NCBI GenBank assembly: GCA_040954595.2 | Contig: CM082589.2 | Span: 1,404,009 to 1,468,008, forward strand | Reading direction: 5' to 3' | Source of the DNA: Balanoglossus misakiensis | Taxonomy: Eukaryota; Animalia; Hemichordata | Length of the DNA: 64,000 bases | Shown here: one piece after another, positions 19,801 through 33,600 of the stretch | How positions within the stretch are numbered: the first letter of the stretch is position 1 | How the letters are laid out: each line of letters begins with the position of its first letter | Position numbers and translations under genes: made by a program | Notes under the pieces: generated by a model | What the model was told of the DNA's origin: nothing | The model's database searches: none | The model's input: only the letters and a program-made list of their open reading frames with translations

Positions 19801-22800
19801 ATCAGAATTCCTTCAGTGAAAACTGATATTGAATGTGTTAGCTTGGCAACCTGTCAAGATCATGAAAAAGTCAGTCACATTATGGTCAATAAAATGCATT
19901 GGAACTACATGGAATTAGTAAACAGAAGTCTTAAATGATTCTTAGATTCTGACTTTACCTGATATCGTTGGTCCAGTTGTGCATATTCTCTCAGTTTATC
20001 CTTCTCCAGTCTCGTAGGGACTTCCTTGATGTTGTGAGTTTGCAGGTGAATGATCCTAGCCAGCAGTCCGAACATGGTTTCTGGAATGATCTGCAGTACT
20101 TTCCTCACGTAGGACACCAATTCGCCCGAGTAGTACTGGGAGACACTGATCAGATCACCACTGCTGGCTTGGTTGATTCTCAGTAATGGAAGATCGAGGG
20201 CTGATGCCAACTGCACACGGAAGAAGGTCAGGGGAATTAAGATCAGCACAGCATTAGAAAATATGGTCCAAGCATTTGAAGTGTCCACAACACCCTGTCA
20301 ACAATCTAGGAAAGGGCAATGTTTCCAACATTTTTTTTACCTTCAAGAATGTGGCTCTCAGTTTAATAACCAAAGATGGATCATTCTTGATTCCTTCTTG
20401 CATGTACTTGGTGTAACTACGAAAAGAAATGAAGGAGAAAGGGTTGGAGAATCATGACTGGAAAAAGTGGAGTTTTGAGCAAATTTCCTTATGACTTAAC
20501 CCTTTCAATACCATGGTTTGGTCCAGCTTCATAGTTTTCAGTGGTAATGTTGGACTTCTCTACATGGAAGTGGGGGTGAGCAGGTTAATTTGGCTCCTAC
20601 CTATCAATGATTTCCCATGCATAGGATACATCGGCCACAATCTGAAGCTGAATCAGAACTTCTTCTTTGATGTTGATGGTTCGGATCATGTGATGCAGGA
20701 ATTTCCTGGTTTCAGCCAGGAACTGTCTGACTTGTAGGTTGCTCTCCAGTTGATGAAACTCTTGCACCTAGAAAGAATTTACAGGAGATTAATCTACAGT
20801 CGGCTTGGCAGATTACAGATTAATCTGCAGTATTTTCATAATGTTTTCATAGTTACCTCCTCAAGGGCCTGTATCAACTGTACAATCTTCCTACCAGCTG
20901 AGGTTGAGTCTTCATAGTTCAAGGATGTTATCTGCTTACCCATCTCAGCAAACCACGCCTGAAGATTTTCTGTGATGAATAATGCCACAATAGAATTGTG
21001 TAAACTCTAAAGATATATCTTCTATTTGTTTCACTGCATTTGAGCGACCTTAACTATTTGGTAGCTTTTCTTACCATTCTTCTCCACTCTGGTGAGTGGT
21101 TTACTTCCAGAGTAGACTTCAGAAAGTTCTTGCATTCTTTCTGAACCTTCTTTCTTGTAAGCCTCCCACTGTTTCTGTTTGTTGGCCAACATGTGTCTGA
21201 ACATCTGTCGAGATTGAAAGGTGACAAAATAACCTGGTATAGTCAATTTGTTATGTCAATGTTTAGACACAACTCTCTCTCTGGAGATGCAACCAGACGC
21301 AGAAACATGGCCTTATACTTGCCTCCTTCAGGTTGAGTTCCAACTGACTTGTGTTCAAAAGTAGAGTGAAAAGTTGCTGTGGGTTGAATTTACTGTCTGC
21401 GATGACTTGTTCACGTAACTGTCTGCATCGTTTGTTCATATCCCAGGCTTCAAAGAGAACATTTAAGTACAATTTTTAAATCAAAATATGTGTGGATACA
21501 GAACTAAACACAAGCTGACTTTGGTAAAGGAATAAATAGATGGTGTATCAAAAGGCCAGCCTTGTAGTGAAAGTTTAGTAATTGAAAGCTCCTGTAGATG
21601 AAAGTTAAGATGAAAGTTAACTCACATCCTTCGGCAGAATGAAGCATTAACCAACGTATGGTAACATTGCACTCTCTCAAACAATTCATCAGTTTCGGAA
21701 TATTGTCCAAGATGAATTCTTCAGTCAGTGTTCCTTCTTGCAAGTATCTCATCACAAGGGCGTTCAGTTTTCCAGTTTTAGCTTCATATCTTGTCCCCTG
21801 TAAGAACGTTACATCATCACAGTTTAGTTGGTCACATGCCGAGTTCATGTGGGCATTTTGACAGGTGACTGTCTACACAGCAGTGACACTCATCAACATG
21901 TATATGAAAATCAACACGAATTTCTTGATGGAGCTTACCAAATCTTTGACATTGCTGGGATCTAAGGTGTTATTGAGAGCTGTTCTGGCTGCTTTGTATG
22001 GTTCCCATGCATCCATCAGATTGACTGGAATTCCCATGTATACACTGGTAACCTGTGAAGACACATTTGTCAGAAATTCTGTGGTGTTTTCTGGTTTGTG
22101 AGCAGTTGATGTGGAGGTCTGAGGTAGCAGAGTGGCATAGCGCCCCCACATGACTGAATATGTCAGCAGTAGATTTAGGGCAAAGGACCAAGGGTACTAC
22201 ATACCCAGTTGTCAGGGAAGTGTTTATCTACAATTTCTCTCATCTTGGCTTGTTGGTTGTGAAGTATTTCTGGTGCAAAGTATAGTATGATATAGAGCAT
22301 AGATGCTTGCGTGGCCAATGCTGTACTTCGATGCTCTGGAAATGGATATGCTGATATCTGAAAAATACCAACAAGAAACATTATACAATGAAAAATAACG
22401 TATTTTGTATACTGTTATATCATTGTATCTCTCAATGTGTTGACTCACCAAATTGTAGATGTCGTCAGATCGAAGTCGTCCAATCACCATGTTGATGAAT
22501 GTTTTGTTGATGGGCACTCTCCTGGTAATATGGAAAAGAAACAGTTGAGTTAGATTTCTGATCACTGTGTTGGTTGAACACAATTTTTGTCTCAATAGAT
22601 GCATCATACTCACCCAAAATAGCTTTCAGGATAGTTGGGTGGTCTTTTGATTCCTCCAATGCTTGTGTATCCTGTACTACGCAGCAATTTACAGACATCA
22701 TCAATGTTGGAGTCCACCGATGCCTCTGAAGCACTAGTAATCAAAACAAGAAACAAATGTTATGATTATACAGGAACATTTGATGAGTGGATTGATGAAT

Positions 22801-23825
22801 TACTATTACTATTCAAGGATTTAACTTCAAATCTGATAATATCTTTTGAACTCACCTGTATCTATGGTAGGACACTAACATTCGTTCTCTGACAATCCCC
22901 TCTATCCTTAAATCAATGACCAGGAGCATAACACCATATAGAAATAGTGCTTCACACTGTCAGATGTAGAACAAATTGCATGATCATCAATGATTTCAAC
23001 AATGTAGCAGATTGCAACCAGTGATTGCAACAAACATAGTTTGTGATTGCATGTATATTGTGCGATGTTGTTATTTCATGTATTTGTGGAGATGAAAGAA
23101 AAACATGAAATGATCCAAAGTGTATATATACAATACATTACCAGCAGCTGTTTGCCATCTTCATTTAACAAAACTGTCTCCAAGGTTTGCTGGATAAAAA
23201 CACCTTCATCAAGATCCTCCAAAAATCTGACGAGAAGAAAAGTTATTCCCATTTTAAATCATGTTCATTAATGCAAATGAATACAGTGCAGTGCAGTAAT
23301 GAACAATAGCCACTGTCAGAACAAACCATAGGGCGAAAGGTACATACCTGTTTAAATCTCTTACATATTTCTGTACACTCTCAAAAGCAAGATAAAACCT
23401 TGTCAGGATTTCAATATGGTTTTCTCGAAATTCTTGATCCAGGTCTTGGAGATCCTTTATGAAAAGAAATTGGAAATGTTTCATCATAATATACTTGTGA
23501 CTCTTTCAGTTTGACAAGCTGATCATGGTTGTAAATATGTGCACAAAGTGAAACAAACAAACAAAGAAACAAACAAACAAACAAATAAGTAAATACTTAC
23601 AGGGTTCGAATCTATCTTATTGTCGTAGTACTCCGATCCTTTAAAGTAACTGAAGTCACACAGTATATCTCCATATTTGGTCTGATCTGCCTTGCTTTCA
23701 AGTTTAAACACAGGCGGAATAAACTCGGAGAGTCGTAACAATTCAGCGATGATCGCATTGCCACGAGATACCAACTTCAAAATGGTCTGCCCACACAAAT
23801 TATTCTCTGCCAAAAAGTCGGTCAT
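16868..23825 (-). CDS. WASHC5: Strumpellin, WASH complex subunit 5; 28 coding exons
   Basis: Starts [33 protein letters not shown]. Internal exons include [54 protein letters not shown] and [34 protein letters not shown]. Ends [16 protein letters not shown] (TAA 16868-16870). A probable non-coding exon 1 has its donor near 24106 and acceptor at 23838. Confidence 0.97.
18428..18522. mobile_element. ~93-bp TTAA-flanked MITE-like repeat, copy 1 (WASHC5 intron)
   Basis: Aligns end to end with the reverse complement of 20496-20588; termini ttaaacct...gggataa. Confidence 0.65.
20496..20588. mobile_element. ~93-bp TTAA-flanked MITE-like repeat, copy 2 (WASHC5 intron)
   Basis: Begins TTAACCCT and ends AGGTTAA (short TIR plus TTAA, piggyBac-like); shares its core with three other copies in the window. 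Confidence 0.7.
23551..23585. repeat. (AAAC)n microsatellite
   Basis: Tandem aaac units in the first coding-region intron of WASHC5. Confidence 0.85.
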
Positions 23826-24550
23826 TTTTGCGCTTCACTGGAAATCGCGGAGGAGCAGAAGATTTAATCGATGGTCAAACGTCAATGCATAACCCACTTT
23901 CCTTCTTCACGCATCTGGTCTCCGATCAGCGCTTCTTTTTTCGTCCAAGATCCTCCCCCAAGATTGGTGACCTCCCCCTTTAGTGCTAGGCTGTCTGCTA
24001 CAAACCGGAAGTAAATATCTTGTTATGGCAATCTCTCACTTTTAGTCATTTTAATTTCACGCTAGACGTTAACTGCTACACAGAAAAAAATATTTCGGTG
24101 TCTTACCTGTCCTTCGATCGCAGCCTAGACTGGAAAGATGTCATAAAACGTAAGAAAACAGTTTCTTGATATTGACATCGAGCTCCAGTCTCTCATCAGA
24201 AGACTATCACGTGACAAATGGTACTTTCCTCCTCTGTCGCGGACGGGACATTAGTCGGTCAGATACTTAGACGGAATCGTTATTTCCGAAATGTCGGTTG
24301 ATTTAATTTCTCTAAGTATCAATTTCATAGGTACGCGATGTCATGTTCCTTTTTTATTTGGCTGCCAATGTAGTTCTGCAATAATTGTCGCGTTCTGATA
24401 CGAAAGAGGTTTCATCCGGGCATCTGACAGTCTGTGTGTCACTTACATTCAGACGCAAGTCGCGCTGCTAGACGATCGAGCAACTGAGGCTAACCTTGTT
24501 ATCGGGGACATCAGATTGTGTTTTCTGTTGCACAATAATTTAATTAAACA
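23826..24550. promoter_or_regulatory. Bidirectional promoter WASHC5/FKBP12
   Basis: 725 bp between divergent ATGs, CpG-enriched. ETS motif ACCGGAAGT (~24004) and E-box TCACGTGAC (~24207). Confidence 0.6.
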
Positions 24551-26142
24551 ATGGGAGTTGAAGTCGAGACTGTTTCACCGGGTGACGGTAAGTGAACATT
24601 TTACATTGTGATATTTTGCATTTACCAAATTCTCCCTGACACCCAGGGTCATGCGTCAGTATTTTTAGTACCCCGCGTCTGTGCGACTTCCCTTTACGAA
24701 AGCTCAGCGTCTAAACGCGCCCTGGGCCCTCTTGAGTGAGGCCTGCAAGGCAAGGTGGATTTACACCAATCGAGGTCACATTTTGCATGTTTCTTGTTTT
24801 GACAAAGTTGCATTTTTTCTCTCCCCAAAGGGCAAACTTTCCCAAAGACTGGACAGACCGTCGTTGTACATTACACCGGTAGGTGGAATTTGCATTGATC
24901 AGATCTGGGTTATTTATTGGCTGTGTCATCTTTCGCCGACACGTGCAGTGTGGGGGCAGGGTTGTAGAATAGAGGCGTTACATCTAGATTCTATTTCTAG
25001 TATATCCACGCACGATTACTCTGTGGGTTATTTTAAACAATTGTGAAGATGTATCATCGGTTACATGATCATTTAGCAGGGCAGTCAAAAGCACAATTAT
25101 ACTGGGGTCCCCAAATCAATTAGCAATGTTTCCCAACCTTGGCAAAAACAGTGGGGCTCCCAATGAAGAAATTGCATTTACCATGTAGGTGTTTACCAAT
25201 GCACAACCTCTTAAATAAAATAGCATACAATAGAGAGAGTGTGTTTAGGAAATGTTTTTGACGAGGTGGAATGTAGGGCAGGTCATGTCAATTTCAAAAA
25301 TAGACATGACCTGGTAACTAAGCAAGCAGTCATTGTTGTTGAATACATTTAATTACAACCGCTTCTTGCATCGTTAATATTTCTACATTTTCAAACTTTG
25401 GACAACTTTAGGATATTATAAAAGCTTTCACTGTGTTATTAGGATGCAACTATGATAACTTATTCATTGTGCTATATGTTGTCAATTTTGCAGGAACTCT
25501 CACAAATGGAAAAAAATTTGACTCGTCCCGAGACAGAGGTAAACCTTTCAAATTTAAAATTGGACAGGGTCAAGTTATAAGAGGATGGGACGAAGGTGTC
25601 GCAAAAGTAAGTATTCAGGCTTTCTTTTTATCCTGATTTAGACATTTTCTCAATTCACATACGCAAGTCTTATGGTAGCCTACGTAATTGACAATACTTC
25701 AAAACTTCTACACTGTGGAACAAACTATGCACTAAGTTTGAATAGTCAGTCTTTTAAATTTAAGTAAAGTAACAAGTATGTTGTTCTTGTGTCTCACAAA
25801 TATTTTCATTTGTTTCAGATGAGTATTGGACAACGAGCTAAATTAACATGTTCGCCAGATTTCGCCTATGGAAGTCGAGGACACCCTGGAGTATATCCTT
25901 TCTTGTCTGATAGACATAACTTTGGTACTGGTTGAGATGGGCCACTATCTTAAGTTTCATCCATTAAGAATACCATTATCACTTCTGTTAGATATTTTGA
26001 TAGAATCACTTTTTGAAATAACTGGTCAAAACTTAGACTGGTGAATGTTTCTCTATAGCAGATCGATTTTCCTTAACTCCTGTGCACTATTCCTCCTAAT
26101 GCAACTTTAATATTTGACGTAGAGTTGCTAGGATTAGAGTGA
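24551..26142 (+). CDS. FKBP1A: FKBP12 peptidyl-prolyl isomerase (FKBP1A/1B orthologue), 5 coding exons, 108 aa
   Basis: Exons 24551-24587, 24831-24878, 25494-25606, 25819-25892, 26088-26142 total 327 nt: [108 protein letters not shown]. Confidence 0.97.
25893..26087 (+). other. U12-type (minor spliceosome) AT-AC intron
   Basis: 5' end ATATCCTTT, branch point TTCCTTAAC at 26069-26077, 3' end CAC at 26087. Removal restores HPGV-IPPNATL in frame and the canonical 108-aa length. Confidence 0.95.
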
Positions 26143-27028
26143 GTGTGACACCAACACTTTCAAGATTTCTGCAAGACGTCAACAGTGAGCAGAAAACCAC
26201 ACCCAGATAGTTGGAAATCATTATTACTAGCAAATGACTATATAGCACTAGAAGTTGATAAAAGTGAATCAGTTTGCATTGTGCTTCCCTCAGTTGCCGA
26301 AAAAACAACAACAATACTCTCCAAGCATTGGACCAGAATTCCCAGTGGATTTCCATACTTCCAGTATTGTTGTCATGGTAACAGTCCTCATGGTAACAGT
26401 CACCAAGGATACTGAGTCTTGTCTACCTCCATTCAACTTCAGCACCGTTGCCAGGACCCAAGAACTCATCGCTGAATGATTTTGAAAATTGTTGATGAGG
26501 CTATATTTCTGCCAGGATATCATTTCTACAACTTCAGAAACCTACCTTTGTGGACATCTTTATAAATATAAAAAGATCTGAGGCATAGTCTATAAGGGAT
26601 AATTCTGACATTCCCAGAGTTTTCCTTTATAGGCCAAGTTTTGCTGTTCGTGCGTTTCCAGCACTGTTGTCATCACGACTGTTGCCATGACTACAGCTTC
26701 TCTTCTACACCATCTCCAAGAATAGTCGCATCTACTTAATTTGTTGCTGGTATCTTGTGAGGTACTTGGAAGCAGAGGTGCACATTATCTTAAGGTTTCT
26801 TTTTTTTCATTAATGTTGTGATTGCTTCATTGATTTGAAATCACTACACAGCATCAATGAAACTATTTTTACAATCCAAACTGAAATCACACCGCACCAA
26901 GTAGCAAAATTTGTACATTTTAGAACCCCTCTCTTGAAAAAAAAAGTAATCCATTAGTTCATAGGTAATATATTATCTGTATGTCGATTAAATATTGTAC
27001 CAACCTGAATATTGATTTTATCCACCAG

Positions 27029-27034
27029 AATAAA
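27029..27034 (+). terminator. Candidate FKBP12 polyadenylation signal
   Basis: AATAAA ~890 nt downstream of the FKBP12 stop codon. Confidence 0.45.
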
Positions 27035-30000
27035 AATACAATTATTGATAAAAAGAAAACTGACTTCTCAAAAATTGCATTGGGAGACAAGCTTGTCGGA
27101 TAACGGTTGAGATGAGTCTCTGAAAATGACTGTTGCTTGTTTTGTGCATGTCATATTAAGCTGTGTGATGCACCACGAAAATTATTATAAATTGCCTTTG
27201 GAATATTTATGTCATGCATTTCCATGGGGTTTGAATCAAACTCTTATTAATATTTAGTATGGAGCACAACATGTATAAACCTTTCATAATAAAAATCACG
27301 TATAATGATGTCAACAATGCATATTTGTAAAATTATTTTGCTCATCACTTTGCTTGTAAGAAACAATGACACCTTCGGAGATGGGAATGATTTTTTCCAA
27401 CAGAAAGTAGGCAATGCCTGTTCATATCCTAGTGCTCATTTTTCTGACTTCTTCAGTTCATGTTGTGAGTCTTCTTCATAGTTATGCAATTTGCACTCTA
27501 CTTTTGTAGCACGTTGACGAAAGCAAAAATCTCCAAATTTTGATTTCTGTCTCTTCACATGGATAATTTTTGCATAAGCTTTCATAATTTTTATGTATTT
27601 GTTGAGATGATGTCTTGATAATTCAGAGAATTTAATAAATGATAGAACAACCACCTAAATTTTGTCACGAGTGCAGATGTACATTGTGCTGAGTTCTGTG
27701 ACATCGAAACGTAAACCGTTCCCAATTCAGCATGTGACAAGGAAAGTGAAAAATGAAGTGAAACTTCAGAGTTTCAAAGGAAGGGATCGTGTGAAGGGAA
27801 AACGTACTCCCTGTGGAAACAGTCATTTGAGGTTAAATGTTCAGTATATATTCTGACCTCATGATAAACCTACAGCCTTTGAGATTAGAAGTCAGATGCA
27901 TTTCAGTAGCGTGGAAAAAATGCACAGACTTCAACATAGTGTTGAACCACAGGATGTGAGCGAGACCGTAATGTAAATTCAGACACGATCAAAGCCCAGG
28001 GTTTATGATCAGCAAAGCATGCATAAGTAATGTAACCCTTGTGCGTCCAAGATTTTCCGTGATCAGTTCTATGCTTGTGTTTTCACAGGAAAAGTTTAGT
28101 TTTCATTGGAGTCTAGACATGAGTCATAATATATGGACAATGTGAGATTTCTTTGGAGAAAGAGTTTCACAATGTAATCTAACCGAACATTAAACTGTAA
28201 ACCAATAGCTGTGACCCGGTTTGAGAAGTAGACTGATGAAACGTGAATCTCTGATAAAAATTTACCTCCCACTAATATCTTATCCCAACTCCTAAATTTT
28301 TGAGAGAGCGGACCAGAACCTCGAGTGTTCTGTACTGAGAGTCAGTAGGGGGTCCGATGACTGTGGCTGGTTCTGTTGGACCAAAACCTTGTCGGACCAC
28401 ATTATTTTCTTAGTCCACTGACCGGCAGGTGTCCATCCACCACTAAGTTTAATCCCTTTCAACACCACAAATTGGGTCAACCCAATTGCATGGGTGGCTC
28501 CTAGTGTACTGGGAATTGAGGTTATAAAAGGAACAATAATGATGGAAAGGTGGAAAATAAACAGTCGCAAACAACTCTCACAGTGTAGCCAAACTGGTCT
28601 AGTATCTTAAGAGTTCCTTAATAATACAGAATCACTGTGGTATACACAGAATGGGAAACTGTGAAAAGTAAAATATACACCAACAAGACAAGCTTTATCT
28701 TGTCAAACTTTAGAGCACAACTCATCACTGAACATGTGTAGTCTTTTCTAGTTGCAGCAATCAAATTGTCCCATATTTACTAGTCAAGCTATGTTTACTG
28801 TATTTCAGGCGGAGGGGCTGTACCCAGGCCAATCTAGCTGTGTGGAATGGGACCATGTCAGTTATTTGTGTTGTCACAGATTAGACAAGCACAAGAGATG
28901 GTAAGCATTGTATAGTGTTGTCCTTCAATGGCCCGCTTTTGAAAGAACTTCCAGACAATGTCAAGGTGAGGGTGTTTATGACCTTTCAATTCATTCAGGC
29001 CAATGACTGTACAAAGACAGGTTTCCTGTGAAGAGTTCAGGTATAGTGAGCCGTCAGTGACATTCATGTTAAAATAGACACCAAAGTTGCTCAGTTCTGA
29101 TTCAAATAAATCTTTTATTGAGGTGGAGTTACACAATACCGTTGTGTACATCCTTCAAATTATACAGTTCTTTCAATCACAGATATAGTTTATTCAGCAG
29201 TGCTTCAGTCATACACTGTGAACCCCAACATTTAAAATGACGATGACTTTGTCCCACTTGTACATACTAGTATAGTATTGTGGAAATCAGCCTTGATAAC
29301 TTATGTACTAATCACTTACACTCTTGATGTCTGACTATATAGTAGAACCTCCAAAACTTAACAACAAATGACTACAAACAAATAATTACAAACAAACGAA
29401 ACAAAATAAAACATTCTGGTATCGTCACAGCATGAAATGACTTGCCAATCATTATGATTCTGAATTTTACATTATTCCAATATGGAAAATATAAAACTAC
29501 TGATTTAGGCCAGACAGAAAAAAATATTGTTCCTCAGATTTTTCGGCAAAGCAAGAGAGCCAGCCAGCACCTTTTTGTAAAACATGGAACACAAAAAAAA
29601 ACGAAGACAGATATTGAAGCAAGTTAGGAATTTGATATTATTACAATAAAAATATTTCTATTGCGCCTACATATCAATGAAATCATTAAAGAATTTTCTA
29701 AACAGTTAAATATCAGAAAAAGGAACCAAGTACAATATAAGACAATTTGTAAATGTATACACTGACTCATGTAACGTCAGAAGTGGCAGAAGTGTAAACC
29801 GCACTGCCTGCAATGCTCATCAGAAGACCCTTTTCATCAAATAGAACGTCTTTTCTATGTTGTACACATGAAAATATTGCTTAGAATGGATATACAAAGA
29901 CAGGTGGATACAAGTCCAACATAAATTTGTGTAAACTGTTGACCCAAAACCAAATAAAATGTAATCTCTTTTCACAGATGCTCACGAACATCAGGAACTC

Positions 30001-30638
30001 ATACCAATATCCTTATTACATCCTGAACTCAGAAAATACAGTTCCTTCGTGACGATTTTTAAACCTCATCTATTATATACATGAAATATATCTCCATAAA
30101 ACTGAAAATTGCACCTTCCGATCTTTTTCACCAAGTACAGAACTCTGATACATATTTACAAAAACATGAAAAATTCAGATACACATATAGACCGTATGTC
30201 ACTAGCAACAAACAGACTGGAAAGTCCACAACCGTTTTTGTCTCAAAAAAAAACCCCACAGCGAACTCCAAGTCGGAGATAATCATTTAATCTCAGAGTT
30301 TCTGCGATTTGAGACTTTTGAGTTAAATATGAAATAGGTTGTGGCATTGATGTTGGATGCAGCCACTGAGTACAAAGTAAGACACAGTAGAAATGTACCT
30401 CACTTTTAAGCTTATGTCTTTTACACAATGAACACAGCTTGGCTTCCATTTGAGGAATTTTTATTTACTTATTTGTTATAAATGACTGCATCTCGTATTT
30501 TCCATCCATCCATCCCTCCTTTCACTGAAACATAGAGTGACCCACATATATTTCCAACAGTGGGCCAAACTATTCCATTGTAAACAGAGGGATGTTTTTT
30601 GTCAAACTGTAATGTTGCATGGTGACATACTATCACTG

Positions 30639-33600
30639 TCATGAGTGATGCAGAATTCTCTTGTAGTGCGGCAGGACTTCGTATGCTGGGAGATGTAACG
30701 TGAACTGAAGCGCCACCAAGCAACGAAACTCATAGTTGAACAAATCTTTGTCTTTCACCCGTAAAGTGTCTTCGATTTCCTGTCAAGAAATAACACCCAA
30801 GTTTATATCAATGTACAAGAATTTAATATTCTGCTTAAAGTCATAAGTACATTATTGCTATTGATCACAGCACCTGACAGGATTCTTACATGTATTTCAA
30901 CAGGTCAAAGTTCAAGATCAGAGGAGCGATCTGATACAACACCGTCCACGTAACACAGGGAATATTGTAACTCCTACCTTGATGAGATGCTGTAGTTCTA
31001 CACCTTTGATGTCCGACAGCTTGGCAGCTAACAGTAGACATGCACCTAGAGATGATAAGAAGTAATAAGACAAAGGTGGGTAAAACTATATTGGAGTCAA
31101 GTGTTGATGGAACTGACATCCAAATGCTCATACTGATCTCCTGAGCTATGAAATCATCTGCCCTTACCTGCACACAGTTTTCTGTTTTCTTTGTTGATCT
31201 TTTTCAGTAGTACTAACTTCTCATAGTACACATAGGCCATGGCAAGCGTTGCCGGCTCGAGGGTGTTCTGGATCATTGCAATCTTTTTCAACTCTCTCTT
31301 GATGCTGTAATTAGAAATGACACACATCACTTGCACCTGTGGTGGCGCTATTATGAAAGAACTCTATAGTTTGGCCTGTGACGGCGCTCTCCAACCAAAA
31401 TGGCTCTGTAGCAGATTGACAACATGCAACTTGGTAAGTCAACTTGTTCCTTGTTTCTTTATGTGGTCACGAAATCACACACCAGCCCTGCACTTACCTC
31501 CGTAACTTACTAAGCGTGATTTGAACGTGAGGAAATTTCTCTCGGAACTTATCATTCAGTTCTTTTTTCAGTTCAGATGGCTTTGCATAATCAATCACAG
31601 ACACCTGTCAAAAGAATCAAGAAAACATAGCAATAATTTTCCTATGAAAAATGAAAAATCACAGCTGACGAAAAAACATTCATGTCCGGATTGAATATGA
31701 CAAACGTATCCAGAATATAACTCACCCTGTATGAACTGAATGTCAGCATTGTTTTATGTTTTCCGGAACTTAGTTCCGGATCATCCAACTCATTGGGATC
31801 GTAGTGGTAATACATCTCACTAATAGCATTTTCTGGGGGGAAAAAACAGAATCACATTGTGTTATTGTAGTTCATTTATCGAGTGATTTATAAACAACCC
31901 ATATCATCAGATGAGTATAAATCTTACCTTTATCGCTGGAGTTGCCAGACGCAAGTCTTGGATCGAACGACACAGACCGTAATGGATGTGTCTTCTTGCT
32001 GATAGGAGATGCAGGTGATTGTGGCACAGATGCATACCCAGCCTGTTCCACAAGAGCTCGTTGACGTGCTATCGTTTTCGCAATCGTAGGCACTAGAAAA
32101 TGGCTGTAAGATATTGCCTGAAATACAAAGAAAAATTATTACTTATTTCTTTAATGCGTGTGCTAAATCTAGTTTTCAACTGGATACATGGCTCCATGCA
32201 TAATGTGTGTTTTTTCAACTCGCATATGTTTTCATAACACTTACTTTACCAAGTCCATCGTTAACCTCTGTGCCAAGAAGTGCCAGAAAATCTTCATCTG
32301 AGAGACTCAAAGTCTTCGTGCCAGATATTCGACGAGTTCTTGTGGCACCAACTACTTCTACATGGTGTACTTCGGCCCTGGAAAGGAAAGAAACTAGGTT
32401 GTTAAAGTCTTGTCAACATACACAACCCTACAGTAATTATTATTGAATTGCTTTTGAATACTTCCTCTACAGTTGAACTTACTTTAGAAGACCCTGCTGG
32501 CTGTATTTGCTGTATGGCTGCACAGAGAAAAGAGCAAAGGGGGCTTTCCGCTGCGACACTAAAAGAATCCTACAGAAGAGAAACCAGCATCATTCTTGGT
32601 CAGTGGAAAATGCAGGTACGACAGACAAAAACAGAGCAGTTTTTTTGGTTGAATACTGTAGCATATTGAATTTCAGAAACTTAATGTGTGAGGTACTCAG
32701 ATGATGTGATGCAAAACTTGTTGCATTAAGTCAAATAACCCAATCACCCTCTGGTGTCTGATGGAACTGTCTTATTTGCCTAGAGAAACAAATATCAGTC
32801 AAAAGCATTATTCAGTGAGTAGTGGGTGAGTAAAAACAAATCCAAAAGAATGATGCAGTGAGATAGCATACATGTCTAAAATCATTACTACAATCAATAT
32901 AATGCAATTAGAGATTACATATACATAAATTACGCATAGAAATAAAATAATCTTAAAAGCAGATGATGAGCAGTTATGTTAGCATATGAGTAGCATGGAT
33001 AATGTCAATATGTCGTCATGGGTACCATGTCGATTTGCCTCAGAACATCCCTGAATACTGGTGTAATTAACCATGTACATTAAAGTGTTACTGAGACCAT
33101 TTGTATTGTACACACAAAGGTTGTTAATTACTTGGTGAAATCCCTGACTGTACAGCTGTATGGCTAGTTATTCCTTAAACCTGTTTCCATCTTTAGAGGT
33201 CCAATTTTACCATAGAAACAATGGGTTTGGACCAGACCATTGGTCTCACTCTGTACCCGTATTTATCAAGCTTGGCAGTGATCAACACAAAGACACGTCA
33301 AATGCAAGCACAAGCAGGCAGACACTTCATCTCCATGCAAGAATACAACACATCAACTCTGGTTTGCTGTGTCGTGCATAGCCCTATACATGTACCATCT
33401 AAAAAGGGGACAAGCTCCTATGTATTCTCAGTTTCCACTTGGTAGTTTTCCAAGGACAAGGCCAGAATAAGCAAGTGCGTACACAGGACAAATTTTTGGT
33501 TATAGTTGGGTATAGTTGTACTGATAATTCTACTTTCATTTTGGTCCACCTTGGTGAGATTTTGGGCAGAGTGGTTAGGAACTAGTCTGTACAAGCATCA

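Noticed and set aside
24681-25046. 121-aa ORF overlapping FKBP12 exon 2
   Set aside because: Spans introns in a different frame with no recognisable motif; explained by local GC content.
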